The position numbers were made by a program, and so were the translations under genes. A stretch of DNA of 64,000 nt from Chiloscyllium plagiosum (lineage: Eukaryota). Location: the NCBI RefSeq assembly GCF_004010195.1, contig NC_057743.1, positions 21,104,141 through 21,168,140 of the forward strand, given 5' to 3'. Below are positions 49,073 to 62,769 of the stretch, in pieces. Positions within the stretch are counted from its first letter, which is position 1. The number at the start of each line of letters is the position of its first letter. The notes under the pieces were generated by a model, which was given only the letters and a program-made list of their open reading frames with translations, was not told the origin of the DNA and did not search any database.

Positions 49073-52000
49073 CGCCATTTTCGCATTCTGTCAAAGTCTA
49101 TCAATACTCTTCATGTTTTGTCAGTTGCAAATCTTGAAATTGTGGCTTGCAGATCCAGGTTAGATGATTCATATATCAAGGAAAAGTGCTCCCTTGTACA
49201 AACTCAACTTTTTATACCACCTTCATTGCTACTGTCTGTGGGAAGGTCAGCTATCCTTTTTAAAAATCCTTAAACTTAACCCTACCATTGCATTTCTATT
49301 TAATATAATCTGAAATTTGTTGCAGTAGTGGCCTTGATGTTGCCCTTGTAAATATCAACTTGTTGCAATACGCTTGGCTGAATATCAGTAGTTTGATTCC
49401 ATGTTTGATGCCAAGTTACCATGCATGCAGGTGTTAGGTGGACAGTAGAGTTGTCACTGCATAATGGGCTTTTAATGCAGTGAGGGACCTTGTCTAGTCT
49501 GTCCAGTAAATCAGCATTAAGCCGCAGTTTTGTTTTCTTGCCTTGTTGGGAATGTTATATGGTGCAGCCTTGTGTCTGACTCAATCTGGAAAAAAAGCAA
49601 GATAGCACCCAGTAAAATTTCACATATTTGGTCTGTGAATCGTTTAAAAGATAAATGTAAGTAATCGTCCTTCTGTTCCCTTGAGGGTATAATGCTTAAG
49701 CAAGAAAAGGAGGTGAAAAAGCAGAGGAATCCAACAGTGTAAAAACTAAGTGACAGATTTAATTAAATGAGCCAAGGTGATTTAACTTTGCTTTCTTGCT
49801 GCTCTCACTCTCTGCTCTGGAGTATAACATGACAAGCCCTGTTCTGTCTAAATTTTGGGGTGGTGTGGACAGCCTGGGTGATGTAGTTATAGCCAGTTTT
49901 TGCAGAAGATTAGAATGAGGACTGAGAAAGAGATGCAGTTTTGAATGTACAATACATTTAACAATTCCATATCTTCAGTGCAACAGAATCTGTCCATTGA
50001 CTGCATTATATTTGGAGGCTGTTGTTGCATACTCAACAAATACTTGGTTCATTTTCCTGAAGTGAAGAAGAAAATTTTAGCTTCTATCGCGTAAGTAACC
50101 AATGTAATTATTGAGACAATCCTGGCTACTTAGCATTTAGTGTAGCTGAGCAGCAGTTTGTATTATTTGTTAAAAAATATACTTCAGTCAGGACTTGAGT
50201 AACCTTCTCCCACGCCAATCTCCCACAAACAAGAGGACTAGATTGTTAAATTGAAGCTTACTAGCTGACATTTGACATGCTTCTGGTGAAGATCAGACTA
50301 ATCAATTGTTAAAACGGCTATTTACAGAGTGGTGGTAGGAATTGCAGAATTGACTATCCCATTAGTGTGATCATTTTAAACAGCAGCTCAAATAATTGTG
50401 AAAAAGGTCAATTGAGAGTCCTGTAAATAGTTGTAATTCTACAACACTTGGGCATTTGGATTCAAGTGCAACCATGAATCTAGCAATATCTGCAGCAAAA
50501 TGTAAAATCTTAGTTACCCTAATGGTTAAGGGAAGAGTTTTGAGTATGACACAAGACAAATCCTTATGTTTAGAATAGGATTTCACATCATCAAAATGGA
50601 GTCATTTCAATGCAGCAGTTTCTTGGTATGACACTTGAATGTCGACCCAGATTATCCAATGAAGTCTTGTGGTGGGTTTTGAAGCTACAAGACTGTGCCA
50701 GTATAGTGCTTCCAAGGGAGCTAAGCTGAATTACCTCATGGAAGCAAAGTTGAATTAATTAATGTTTGCCACTACCTGGTGACTTTTCATAGGGAATGGG
50801 TTATCCACCTGGGTAGCTGTTGCATATAGACCTGAATGCCTTTGCCAGGTAAAGGCGTCAAACTTGGAAACGTAATTCTACGTCTGCTGTGCATCTCTAG
50901 TATGTAAAATTTCACCAAGTACTCCAATTCAGTGTAAGTTCCATAAGCTTTTTAAAAAATTCACCCGAGTTGGACATCATGTAGTGTGTTCAGAGCTAAA
51001 ACAAAGTTTCATGTCCAATTCTCCTGTGAATTTCTGGCTTTGGCTCTGGGCACAATTGAGTGGTTGCATGGCATGAACCCCATCCCCAACCCAAAGTAGG
51101 TCAGGACGCAGGCGTTTTGGCTAGGCAGTATATATAGATTCATGAGCGGTTTGCCTCTTGGCTATGCAGAGATCATGTAAGAATCAAGACTAAGAAAGTT
51201 AAATGGAGGTTCAGTTATGATGAGCATTGAACTGTGTTGAATATGTATGTAGTTGACTTTTTAAATGCAATAAAAACAAATCTGACTTTGAAAAGGATTT
51301 GGTCTCTTGAATGTCTGAAACAACACACAGATATTCAGGTATTTTCTGCTGACAGATTTCCAAATGTAGGTGCTAAATATGGCAGTTTACCACTGGTATT
51401 TTCGTGAACTGTCAGTTTCTGGAAGTATTTTTAAGTATTTCTAGGTTTTGCAAGCCTTGTAATTTTAACAAGTCTGGTAGGTGCTAAGACCAAATTGTTC
51501 ACTTAAAGGTACCATTCACAAGTGAGTAAAACTAACCATTTTCAGGTATGCTTCAGGCAGTGTCTGCATACTTGTCAGTATTTAAGCTGCACTCTTAGCT
51601 TTTCATTATTGTTTGCCAAAGGTAATTGAAATGGAGCAGATCTAAACAGGGCGGATATGATAGACTACTCTGTATCTGAACACAAGCATTAAAAAGTTAT
51701 AAATTGAAATTTGTATAGCTTAATTTAGACAGCAGAGATGTTTTTGGATTTAAAATGAGCTGATTGAAAATTTATTTTTGAAACCAAGCTAAATCACTAG
51801 GTGTTAACCAAGTTATTCCTTTTGGTTACGAAGCAACATCATGAAAGCATATGCTAGCCTTTAACCATGTGCTAGTTATATTTTAATCTGACTAAATTGT
51901 TAGTATGGCAGGGGTATACTCAAATCAATAGTGTTTCAAATTTTATCCTTTTAAAACTTGACATTCTTTAAAGTATTAGTGGTCAATGCAGCAGCAGTTT

Positions 52001-52839
52001 CTTGACCTTCTGAGTACTTGTAATTGTGATAAACTGCTAAATTTAGTCCAACTCTTTAAGTACAGTTCTGAGTGCAGCTATCACAAAGTCCAACTGCTCT
52101 TCCTGAACTAACTGAATATTTCACTCTTCACACCACCTTCTGTAGCAGCCTTAATCCCAGCAATTTATTGGCAATATGTCCATATTTAATGGAAAACATT
52201 TTAAGCATGTTATGACAAACACTGAATACTAATTGTTTGACTTTTATAATGACTAAAATAGAGAAGTGCACAAATGAAAATTAAAGGAGCTTGGTTATTT
52301 GGATTTCTGTTTTTTGCTTTAGTCCTGGTTGTGTTGATTTGCATGTTGTTTTTTGTTCCTTCCAGTAAGAATTCTGGTTCTGGTAATATAATCTTTTTTA
52401 AGATATCATCACATTTGCAAGGTGGTCAACAGTTGGAATGCAGTATACTGATCCAGTATGGGAGCAGGCAAATATCTGTATATACTCACTTAAAAGTAAA
52501 ATTGTTTAGACTTTAAGGTTAAATTTATGGGGTCGACTATTACATGGATACTATTGAGGCTGAAATTCATGCTACATTTCAAAATACTGTCATAAGGCCA
52601 ATTGATCTTTAAACAAAGAGGAAAAACAGCCAATTATAGTAATTATGTGGCATGTGTTTGTAGTAAGTATTGATGCATCCCTTCAGAGAATCATTGTCTT
52701 CAGGAAATAATCGAGCAGTGGATAACCTTTTTGATATAAAGAAAGTTATAGACTTTCTATTTTAATCATACTTTATTCAAAAGTTACAATCTTTTTCCTG
52801 ATGGTGATATCAGTTATACCTCTTCACCATGGAGCGCCA

Positions 52840-53815
52840 ATCCTTCTGCGCTACCATTACTCCGTGACATTAGACAGAGCTGTTCGCTTCCTTGAGCAAA
52901 CACCTGACTACTTTATCTCCTGTTCCATCTGGCCTTATTCTGCCATTGAAGAACTTCTTCCACATTTCTCACTTCCTTCAGTTAACACGTGGATTTTCAC
53001 TATGCCTGCTTTTTTTTTTAGTAGAACATTTGTTCCCTGCCTACTCTAGACCCCCATCCGCATCTTTGTTTACCGCTATATTCATGACTGCTGTTTCTTG
53101 TTCTCACCTTGAACTGAAAAATTTGATTAACTTTTGTTTCTGATTTTTCACATAACTCTCGCCTTTACATCCATCTCCAGGTCTCCCCTTACTTGACTTC
53201 TCTGTTTATGGGGGAAGAATGTTAACCCAATATAAGCTCATTGATTCCTATAGTGACCTTGACTATACTTTCTCACAAACTGTACAACTGTTTCTGACAT
53301 GTCTTCCTTTTTCCTCCTGGGCCTATTTTTCACACCGCTCTGTCACACCCTCCTCTACAGAATCGCAATTAGGCCTGGCCCACCAGTTTCCATATTAAAT
53401 TGGTCAACTTCTGTCACCTGCAGCATGACCCAACTTGGCATTCCTTCCACAATATACTGGTCCATTCCTCCATCAGCTCCTTGTTTTCATGGAAGCATAG
53501 GTGATGCAGCACCCAGTCTTTTGCTTCCCCTCTCACTATCTTGTGGCCCAATACTCTTTCCAGGCAAAATAATGTGCTACTTTTAATCCATGTACCATTT
53601 ACACTGTTTTGTGAAATACCTCCATACACGCGCACACTTGCATGTGTCCAGTCCCCTGAAACTGTACGTTTTCCACTTGGCTCCCAATCGAGTTTTTCAG
53701 TCCTGAACATACTGCAGTGTCTATGAAGCTCAACATAAGCTTCATGAATACCACCACCTCTTTTTGACTCTGCACTTTATAACTTTCAAGGCTTAACTTT
53801 GTATTTGACAGTTTG
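52840..53815 (+). mobile_element. Decayed Penelope-like element RT and GIY-YIG remnant
   Basis: Remnants of PLE motifs: tatgcctgc (YAC), cgctatattcatgac (RYIDD-like), ELKNLINF, YKL.DSYSDLDYT (YKPTDSHSYLDY-like) and EAQHKL. A probable terminus remnant lies at 54970-55190. Confidence 0.65.
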
Positions 53816-53859
53816 TTTTTTGGTTTACTCTTATTTTACCTTTTATGGCAGCTATACAT

Positions 53860-54720
53860 AGAAACATAGAAATTAGTAGTGGACTATTTGGGCTTTTGAG
53901 CCTGCTCTGTCACTGAGCACTCCTGATCCTGTGTGTTAATGCTGTAGTCTTTTTTTTTTTCCCAGACCCCTCAATGCCTTTTAAAATCTGAAATTTTATC
54001 TGTCTCCTTGAATATATTTTGTCCTTTGGCCTGCACCCTTCTGTAGCGAAGAATTTCAATGAAGTACGATCTGCTAGTATCCAAAACTGCATGCCATTCC
54101 TCTGGTCTGGTCTCACCAAGGCCTTGTATAGCTGCAATAAGGCAACTCTATTTCTGAACGCAAGTCCTCTTGCAGAAAAAATTGTACAGAACAACTTGTT
54201 ATCCAAACATCAATTATCCAAATTTTAGGTTATCTGAACAAGATACAAAGGTCCTGTTTTCAAAAAATTATTAAATTTAAATAAAAGCACAGCAAGAGCA
54301 GGCAGTCTGCGCTGGAGGTGGGAGCAAGAACGGGGTCGCCACGGGAACCCAATTCCTGCTATTGCTATTGCCACGGGAACCCTGTTCCTGCTATTGTCGC
54401 CTCCACAGGAACCCTAATCAGTTATCCAAACAATGTTATCCGAACCAAATACTCCTTGCCTGTCTCACTCAGATAATCGAGGTGGTTCTGTATACCATGT
54501 ATCTTCTAATTGCTGCTGCACCTGCTGTCTTTTTTTCACTGATGTATAAGAACACATACCTTTGTATATCCACAGTTTCTAATTTAGCACCATTTAAATA
54601 ATTCTTAGTGTTTTTCACATCAGTGTATAGCTTTGTATTGAGGCAAATTGTACTATGTCTGTTATGTTTGCCCATTCATTCAAGTTAATTAAATCCTATT
54701 TGGGATCCTGTCATTCTCAT
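53860..54720 (-). mobile_element. Old CR1 3' fragment
   Basis: ARGLAFRNRVALLQLYKALVRP..MQFW and YLNGAKLETVDIQR. Confidence 0.75.
54187..54490. mobile_element. Tc1/pogo (Tigger-like) MITE with TA TSD
   Basis: TA|CAGAACAACTTGTTATCCAA .. TCAGATAATCGAGGTGGTTCTG|TA. It interrupts the CR1 frame and has internal ttatcc(g/a)aa repeats and a 28-30-bp tandem gccacgggaacc..ttcctgctattg. Confidence 0.8.
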
Positions 54721-56397
54721 ACTTCTAGATATTGCACAAAAGCAAAATAGTGTGGATACTGAAATCAATAGGTAAATGTCCGAATGACTCACCAGGCAGC
54801 ATGCATGGAGAGAGAACCATTGTAATGTTTCAGTTCAATAGTCTTTCATCAAAATGGTGAAGGGCCATTGATTAGATTAAATCTTTTGATTCTCCACTGT
54901 TGGCTGACCACCTGAATATTTTATTTCCTGTGTTTTACTTGTTTTAAATGTCCTACACCCTTAAGCCTTACACCATGAAACCTTTTGTCATTTAATCTAT
55001 CTTGTGCTTCATCCTGTCACAGATCATCCATTTTATTCTTGTTCAAACCTTTACCACTTTCACTTCAAAACCTATAATATTTTCCAGCATTGCTAGTTTA
55101 CAGGGATCTTAGATGTAGAGAAAGCATTCATGACCTGAATATTTCAGGCTCTTATTTCAAACTCGCAGTATCCATAGTATTTTACTTTATCTGTGAATTC
55201 AATCTCGTCTTTTTAACTATTTAATTTTTTTTGGTTTTCATAGACTGTTTGTTTTCTGGATGACACCTGTGAAAATGCCCTCAATTGTGGTCTCTTCTAT
55301 AATCCTATGGATGTTGCATGCTCAAAACTTAATTTGAGAAGTGTGGAGAGAGGGATTTGCACATTGTGTACCTCTCCTCCAGCACTTCTAAATTGATTAT
55401 ATCTCCAGTCTTAATGAAATTTTCCAGAGGTTACTTGTAACTGACCACTGATTCAATTATCATAGCCATGTTTGTAGTGACCACCTTTTATTTGCAGGGG
55501 GTCTTTCCTGTTGAGTAGTTCAGATACTGGGGACGCTGGCAAACTTTCAGTGCCATGCTGGTGTTTTCCTGGCCTCATCCGTTTAGGGCATGGGTTTTTA
55601 GGGCAAGATCTGACTTTTTTTTAAACAATTGTGGCTGGTGATTTTACACAGGGAAAGGGTTATTTTGCCCCTCTGAGCATAAACTAGTGTTGTACTTCCT
55701 TCCTAAACTCGTGGAAAGCTGAATAGCTAAATGTGTATATATACCATCTCTTCCGAAAGATGAATGATAAAGCAGAATTATAACATAGTCAATATAATCT
55801 TGTTTGATTTTCTGAACAGCTTTGTCTTATGACATTTAGTATTGCAGGCACCCCCTGTACACGTACTCTGTTCTCTGCAAATCCTCAAATTAGGTATTTA
55901 TGTGGGAGCTGATGCTTCATCACTAAATTGATCAAGCGGATGACTGAAAGGTATTATATAAATTGCATCTCAACGTTTCATCAAATGTCAACTGCAAAGC
56001 ACCTGAAGAAAATGAACTACCTCACTGAACAGAGAGGATGATATTCTGGCATCTGCTTGAAGACTACTTCCGTAGATCCAAGCAGTTCAACAGCCATTCC
56101 ATTCCATGTAAGTGGTATTGAATCAAACGATATACTAACACAAATCACTGTCTTGGTTGGGTAGTTGACCAATACTCAGTTGAATTACTGAACAATTTGG
56201 CCTTGGGAATTGAGATTTCATCTGATCAGTTGCATGGTTATCTGTAAGCTGCTTGAGCAACTTGCTGGTTGTCATATTAACTAGTGTAAAGGTCGTAGTG
56301 ACCAAACATACTTGAGTTTTCTTTAGATTTTGTCCCATTTACTTCATATCAGCATCAAACACTTTCTGGAATGCAAGGCAAAGTACGCTTGGAAACG

Positions 56398-56700
56398 TAG
56401 TCATAGAATTCCTACAGTGCAGAAAGAGTCAATTTGGCCCATTAGTCTGCACCAACCCTGCAGAGTATTCCACCCAGACCCGACCCACCCCACCCCCATA
56501 ATCCTGCATGGGGTTTTTGCCATGGCTACCCCATTTAACCTGTGCATCCTGAACACGATGGCACGCTTTTTAGCATAGCCAATCCACCTAATCTGCACAA
56601 CTTTAGACTGTGGGAAGAGACTGGAGCACCTGGAAGAAACCCCGTGCAGACACAGGGCAAATGTGCAAATACCACACAGTCGCACAAGGTCCCTGGTGTT
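56398..56700 (-). mobile_element. Older HE1-related SINE
   Basis: gccaatccacctaatctgcacaactttagactgtgggaagagactggagcacctggaagaaaccc. Confidence 0.8.
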
Positions 56701-58030
56701 GTGAGCCTCCGTGCTACAGTACCAAATGGGAGTAGCTCTTTCAGTAACCCATTATTGTCTTTCAATTAGATCATCACTGATCTGAATCTTTCATTTATTT
56801 TCCAGTGGCTTAGTACCACGAGCTAATAAAGGTGAGTTTTAGCTCAGGACTCAGTTACCTCTGCTCACAAGTGACCAGTAGAACAATTGGTGAACATTTG
56901 CGAATTTCATTTTTAAGACATTGTTAATGCCCACGCTGCCCTAGGTTTCTTGTGCCATTTGCAAATAGGGATGCACTTGGTATATGGTTCCACAATAAAA
57001 ACCACCTTTTGGCATTGAAACCAAGTTACACTGATCATACATGTAAGCAACAAGACTTTGAATAAATTTCAATTTTTTTGAAAGGCTCAATTGATCCAGC
57101 ACCCAATCTTTTGGAGAGTTGTTCTAAATTTCCACTCCATGTCAGTGGTTGCTGATTTATTTTCAAAATGATCTAGCTCTGATTTTAAAGATATGTGCTC
57201 TCATTCTGGATTGCTCCACTAGAAGAATCTAGCTCATCAAACGCCTTTTTAATTTTGAATGCTTTGATATGACAACCTTGCATCCTTCTAAACTGTATGA
57301 AACAAGTCAATTTATGCAATGCAGCTTCATAGCTTCTTGAATCCTGCTATTCTGATCAACCCACACTGTCTGCCAAGCCTAGTATTTTTCTGAAAGTTCA
57401 TATTTCTAGGTGGGCACTCAAGACAAGAAACAATATTTTATTTGCCTTTGAAATTTTTTTCTTACCTGTCCTCTAGCTTTTTAAGTGATTTTTTTTTTTT
57501 GGTTTGGTCGTTTTTGAAATTTGATTATCTAAATAGATTTGCTCCAAGTTTCCTAGTCTTCCACTATTGAGGACAAATTCTAGCTTGTGACCCAAAGCGG
57601 TTGAACTTGGAATTGCGACCTTGTACTCCATCTGCCATTATGCCAACTTAAACTTTCCCCTTCTAACTTCACCCTCGATCCATGCGGTTTACTTCTAACT
57701 TAGCTACCCATTTGTAATGGAGCTGTCTTTCCCTTCATTCGAGCCAATGATATGTATGGTTAAAAAGCTGATGTCCCATCTGTACAAATCTGTAGGGAAT
57801 GCTGTTACTACATTTCAAAAATTAGAAAATGAAATGTTATTTTTAATCAACCTGTTAAGATATGCGTCTCTGTGACAGATTTTACTTGTACTCAAATCTC
57901 TTGGATCAAATCTAGGGGCACTGAGAAAACTGACCCCCTGCGCCTCAGGACCATTTGTTAACTCATGTCATACAATTACTTTATAATTGAGAGTATACTC
58001 ATTTTGGCTAATCTGGACAAAATGATCAGA

Positions 58031-58193
58031 TTCAAAAAGTGTGGTGCTGGAAAAGCGCAACCGGTCTGGCAGCCTGGCAGGAAACCTGATAAGTGCACGC
58101 TCGAAACATGAACTCTCCTGCTTCTCGGATGCTGCGCTTTCCAGCACCACACTTTTCTATTCTGATCTCCAGCATTTGCAGTCCTCACCTTCT
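58031..58193. mobile_element. PLE terminus foldback mini-insertion
   Basis: aaaagtgtggtgctggaaaagcgca pairs with tgcgctttccagcaccacactttt. Near-direct repeat caaaat(t)gatcaga on both sides. Confidence 0.75.
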
Positions 58194-58769
58194 CAAAATT
58201 GATCAGATGCCTTGATCAGATCTCTACAATGTCCATATAGATGACATTCACAATCCCTTATCTGGCATTCTGGTGACCTCAAAGCATGTCGCTAATCAGA
58301 GGTGACTTGGCCATCTCTGATCTAAGTTGATTCTGATCAGCTGATACTTGTAGAAGTGCTGCACAGTTGCTCTGCTTGTACAATTCTGGAAATTTGTGAC
58401 TGAAACTTTAACTTTCTAGCTGTTTTGTTTCCCTCTCAGCTTAAGTGCTCATGTGACATTTTGAAGTTTTCAAATCCAACAGCAGAATCCTTGTTGAAAT
58501 TGAAACTTTGAATAGTTATTCCAAGCTATGAATCCTAGAGAATTGTTTATCCAAAGTCTCAATTACTTTCTCAGCATTTATATTTTAAAAACCAGTTTCA
58601 TCTTTCAAACTGTGTCCCTGGCAAGGCCACCTTCGTTGCCAGTCTGTGTTTACTCATGAAATTAGTGCCTTGCTAAGCTGTTTGAGGGCAGTTAAAGTCA
58701 ACCTCATTTTTATAGATTATCGCATATAGGTCAGAGCAAGGAGTTTGCGGATTATTTTTATAAATTCAT

Positions 58770-60030
58770 GGTGCTTTGGCATTGCTAGCTAGGCCAATAT
58801 TCATTGCCCATCCCTCATTGGTCTTAAAGGTGATGAGTTGCTGCCTTAAACTGTTGCTGTTATTAATATAGGTACCCTGTAGTGCTCTTAAGAAATTATT
58901 TTAACTTAGTGATTTTAACAGTGAAAGAACAGCAAATTAGTTCCAAGTCACTCTGGTAGACACTTAAAGGGGACCATGTAGCTGGTGGCCTTGCAAGTGG
59001 TTGAGATTGTGGGTTTGGAAAGTGTTACCCAGGGAGTCTGGGTGAATATAGAGTGCATAGATAAAGCAAACAGAGGTGTGTCCTCTTGTGGGAGCTGCAT
59101 CAATCCAGACAGCTACAGAGTATTCCATTTTTGCTTCTAGATGATGGGCATGCATTGTAAGAACAAGAAAGGAGATAGTTGCCATGACATTTCAACCTCT
59201 GACAGGCTCTTATAACCACAATATTTACATAACTGGTTCTGTTTGGCTTTGGTGAGTTGCTTACTGCAGGATTCATAGCTTCTGACCTGCTTTTGTGGGC
59301 AGTGTTGGATGGCTAGTCCCCTTCAATTTTTGGCCAGTGGTAACTCCCAGACTGTTGTTAGTTGGGGTTTCAGCAGTTTCAGTGCCATTGAATGTCAGGG
59401 ATAGTGGTTAAATTCTCTCTCGTTGGAGGTGGTTGTCAATGTGTGGCATGAATTTTGCTTGCTACTTGTCAGAAGGGTTACACCCAAAATGTTGACTTCT
59501 CTGCCTCCTGATGCTGCCTAGCTTGTTGTGTTCTTCCAGCCTCCTGCCTGAGTACTTGTCAGCCTGAGGCTAGATATCAACCAGGTCTTGCTGCCTTGGT
59601 TGTGGACTGCCTCAGTGCCTGAAGTTGCAAACATTGCTGTTCATTGTGTTAGTAACAATGGACATCCCCATATCTGACCCTATGATGGAGGGAAGGTCAT
59701 TGATAAAGCAATTTGAAGGTCTTTGGGCCTAGAACACTACCCCAAGGACCTTTTGCTTTATCCTGAGACTGAGATGATTGACCTTCAACAACCACAACAA
59801 TTTTCAATTTGTGCCAGCTATGACTACAGTTAATGTAGAGTTTCCCCAGATTTCCATTGATCTCGATTTTTGCTCGGCCTAGTTTATGATACTCAGTCAA
59901 ATGCTGCCTTGATGTCAAGGACAGTCATTCTTGCCTCACCTGTGAAGTTCAGATCACTTGTCTGTTTGTAATGAAGTCAGGAACTGAATGGCACCGAGGG
60001 ACTGAAGCTGTGTCAGTGAGCTGTTATTGC
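58770..60030 (-). mobile_element. Old LINE (family C) RT fragment(s)
   Basis: GPWGSVLGP and cttgacatcaaggcagcatttgac (LDIKAAFD) on the minus strand. Confidence 0.7.
59473..59552 (+). mobile_element. 80-bp PLE terminus insertion
   Basis: aagggttacacccaaaatgttgact..ctgatgctgcc flanked by a 10-bp TSD TACTTGTCAG (59463-59472, 59553-59562). Confidence 0.75.
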
Positions 60031-61569
60031 TGAGGTCATTAGTGAATCCAATGGTTTTTTGCCATAATTGCTGCTCCATTAATAACTAGCTTTCAGTTCC
60101 AGCTCTTAAAATTGAATTTGAATTCTGCCATCAATGGTGGTGGGACTTGAACTTATCTTGAACGCTATCCTGAACCTATGAATTACCAGACCAGTGCTGT
60201 AACTGCTATGCTACCGTTTTGCCCAATTTTTTACTTGTATTTGACAAGTTTTTCCTTTCTGATTTTCAGGTCCCCTTTACAGAAAGCTTTAAAGCGCTGA
60301 ATACATAAAACCCAGCAGTTTTGTTATTGCGGAACTTGCTCAAACGACTTGTACATGTCAACATTAGGGTCTCTGCACTGCACATTGCCTATAACCAATC
60401 TGTCAATAAAAGATTTCCAAGTTTACTTCTGTAGTTAGTAACTTGACACAATAATAACCATTTAGGTCATTGGAAATAATGAATTTGGAACAAACCGATC
60501 AATTGTAATCTTTTTAAATGGTAGAGCAGATTTGAAGGACTGATTGGCCTACTTCTATTCCTAATTAGTCTGCTCATACTTGGTCAGGAGGATAAATGCC
60601 TCTAAAAATAGACCAATTCAGATTTCTCCATCATAGCTTGTTGGTTTTTAAAAGCCTTTCAAAACAGAACTGTTAATTTTTTGCAGCAAGTAAACCTGGC
60701 TGCTCATTTTTTGTTTTTGGTCAAGGGGATCACATTCTGCGCTAGCTGGCTGTCACAGCAAGAGAGGTGGTTCTATTTTCCTGATTTGCAATTTCCTTCA
60801 CACACTACTTTTCCCAAACTACTTCACCTTCCAAAATGTCTCCACCTGATGAACCAGGAGTGAGTTATGATGGATGCAAGATAGAAACAAATGCATCACT
60901 TACTGTAGGTACCTTGCTGTAATAGTTTTTAAAAGACAGTTCATTTGAGGCTTAACATACTAAAATAACACCTTGAGGACAAGCTTGAGGTCATTTTGTG
61001 GTCCTTGCTTTTATTGAACTGTCTCAAATGTTCAATCTGGCAGATTGCCACATCCTTCTGTGCCTGTTGTATCCCCTTAAAATGATATGGATCTAATTGT
61101 GGTTAAATTTATTAGGAGTTAAATTTCTTTTTTAATGCTTTACATACAGCATCTGTTCAGCAGATTGACATTAACAAAGACTGGATTGGATTCTCTTGGA
61201 ATTGTAATCCAGTCTGTGACTCAGAATAGAAGCAAGAGTAGGTCATCCTGTCCCTTGCTATGTTCTACCATTTCAATTAGATCAATGACCTAGCCTTAAC
61301 CGCTATTTGGGAAGTGTTCTGAATTTCTTCTGTTGTGTGATGTGCATCTGACATCACTCCTGAAAAGCCTTGCTTTTATTTTAAAGTTATACCACCTTGG
61401 TCTGAGCTGTGCCACCAGAAGAAATTATTTCCTTTGTACCTACATCAAAAAGCTGTCACACTTTTTAAACATCTCCCATCACTTTAATTTAAAAGCCTAG
61501 TTTTTGCAATCAATCCTTGTAATTTAACCCTTTATAACTCTCTGAATATGCAGTACATTTTTTAAAAAC

Positions 61570-62330
61570 TCATTCATTCCGGAAGGTAAAGCCCACAACA
61601 CACAACTACCTGTTGCACCTATCACCATCCTTAGTTGACCTTAAGATGATGATGGTGAGCTGCTGCCTTGAACAGCTACTGTCTATTTGGTGTAGGCTGA
61701 GAATGCTGTTAGCTGATCAGTTTCAGGATTTTGACCCAGTAATGAGGAACAACAATATATTTCCCAGGCAGGATGGTGAGTGAGTTGGAGGAAACTTGCA
61801 GTTGTTCCCATGTTTCTGTCCTTACCCTTCTAGTTGGTAATGGTTGTGGGTTTGGAAAGTGCTGGTGAACTTTGGCAGTGCATCAGTTAGATGGGGCGCA
61901 CTGCTGCTACTCAGCATTGGAGGGAATGCATGACACCATGCTGCTTTTTCCTGAATGGTGTCAAGCTCCTTGTTATTTGGAGTTGCTCTCGTCCAGCCAA
62001 GTGGAAAGTATTCTGTCACACACCTGACTTGTTTTGTAGATGGTGGCAGGCTTTGGGAGTCAGGAGGTGAATCAATCACTGCAGGATTTCAGCTCTCGTA
62101 ACCACAGTATTTATATCGATTGTCCAGTTTCAGGGTGAACAGGATGTTGTTAGTCAGATGGATTCAGCAATGGCACTGGCACCGTCATTGTCAGGGTGAT
62201 GATTGGATTCTCTTGTTGGAGATCGTCTTTGCCTAACACTTGTGTGGCACAAATACAATTTGCTGGTTGTCAACCCAAACCTAAATATTGTCCAGACCTT
62301 GCTGCTTTTGGATGCAAACTGCTTCACTGT
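61570..62330 (-). mobile_element. Old LINE (family C) 3' fragment
   Basis: QVRCVTEYFPLGW..ELDTIQEKAA (61822-62079). Confidence 0.7.
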
Positions 62331-62769
62331 TTCAAACTGGAAGTTTTACTGGAGTTAAACATCCACTTGTTTTTCACACCAGCTCCCCTAAGATGAGACT
62401 AACATACCCTTTGCTGTTTAAGTCATTTTGAAGGTATTTCAAATTATTTCTGTATCTATTTCTCCAACTTGCCAATGTCCCCATTTCTGAAATACTTTAA
62501 TTCATCTAATTACTCTAAGATACGAAGTAGCTGACCCCATACTTCCCCTCATTGAACTTGTTTGTCACAGCTTTGCCCTTTCACTTAATTTGCTAAATGT
62601 CAATACATCTCTTAATTGCACACTTAATCTGCCACCTAACTGGGTTGCATAATTGGCGATGTAATTTTGTTCCTTTTTTTTCTCCCTTAAATGGAACTAC
62701 AAGATCTCTGAAGAATGCCACTGGTCCACATGCTCCAATACCAGTTTACTATCCATGTTGCTTCAGGTT

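Noticed and set aside
52274-52516. 80-aa ORF with a hydrophobic N-terminus resembling a membrane microprotein
   Set aside because: The hydrophobicity follows from T-rich low-complexity intron sequence; there is no other support.
61285-61310. GCCTTAAC as the U12 branch point of intron 2 (also CCCTTAAC at about 24115)
   Set aside because: Neither is followed by an acceptor and the YTQNGILHML exon; the 61.3-kb site lies in an old CR1 tail.
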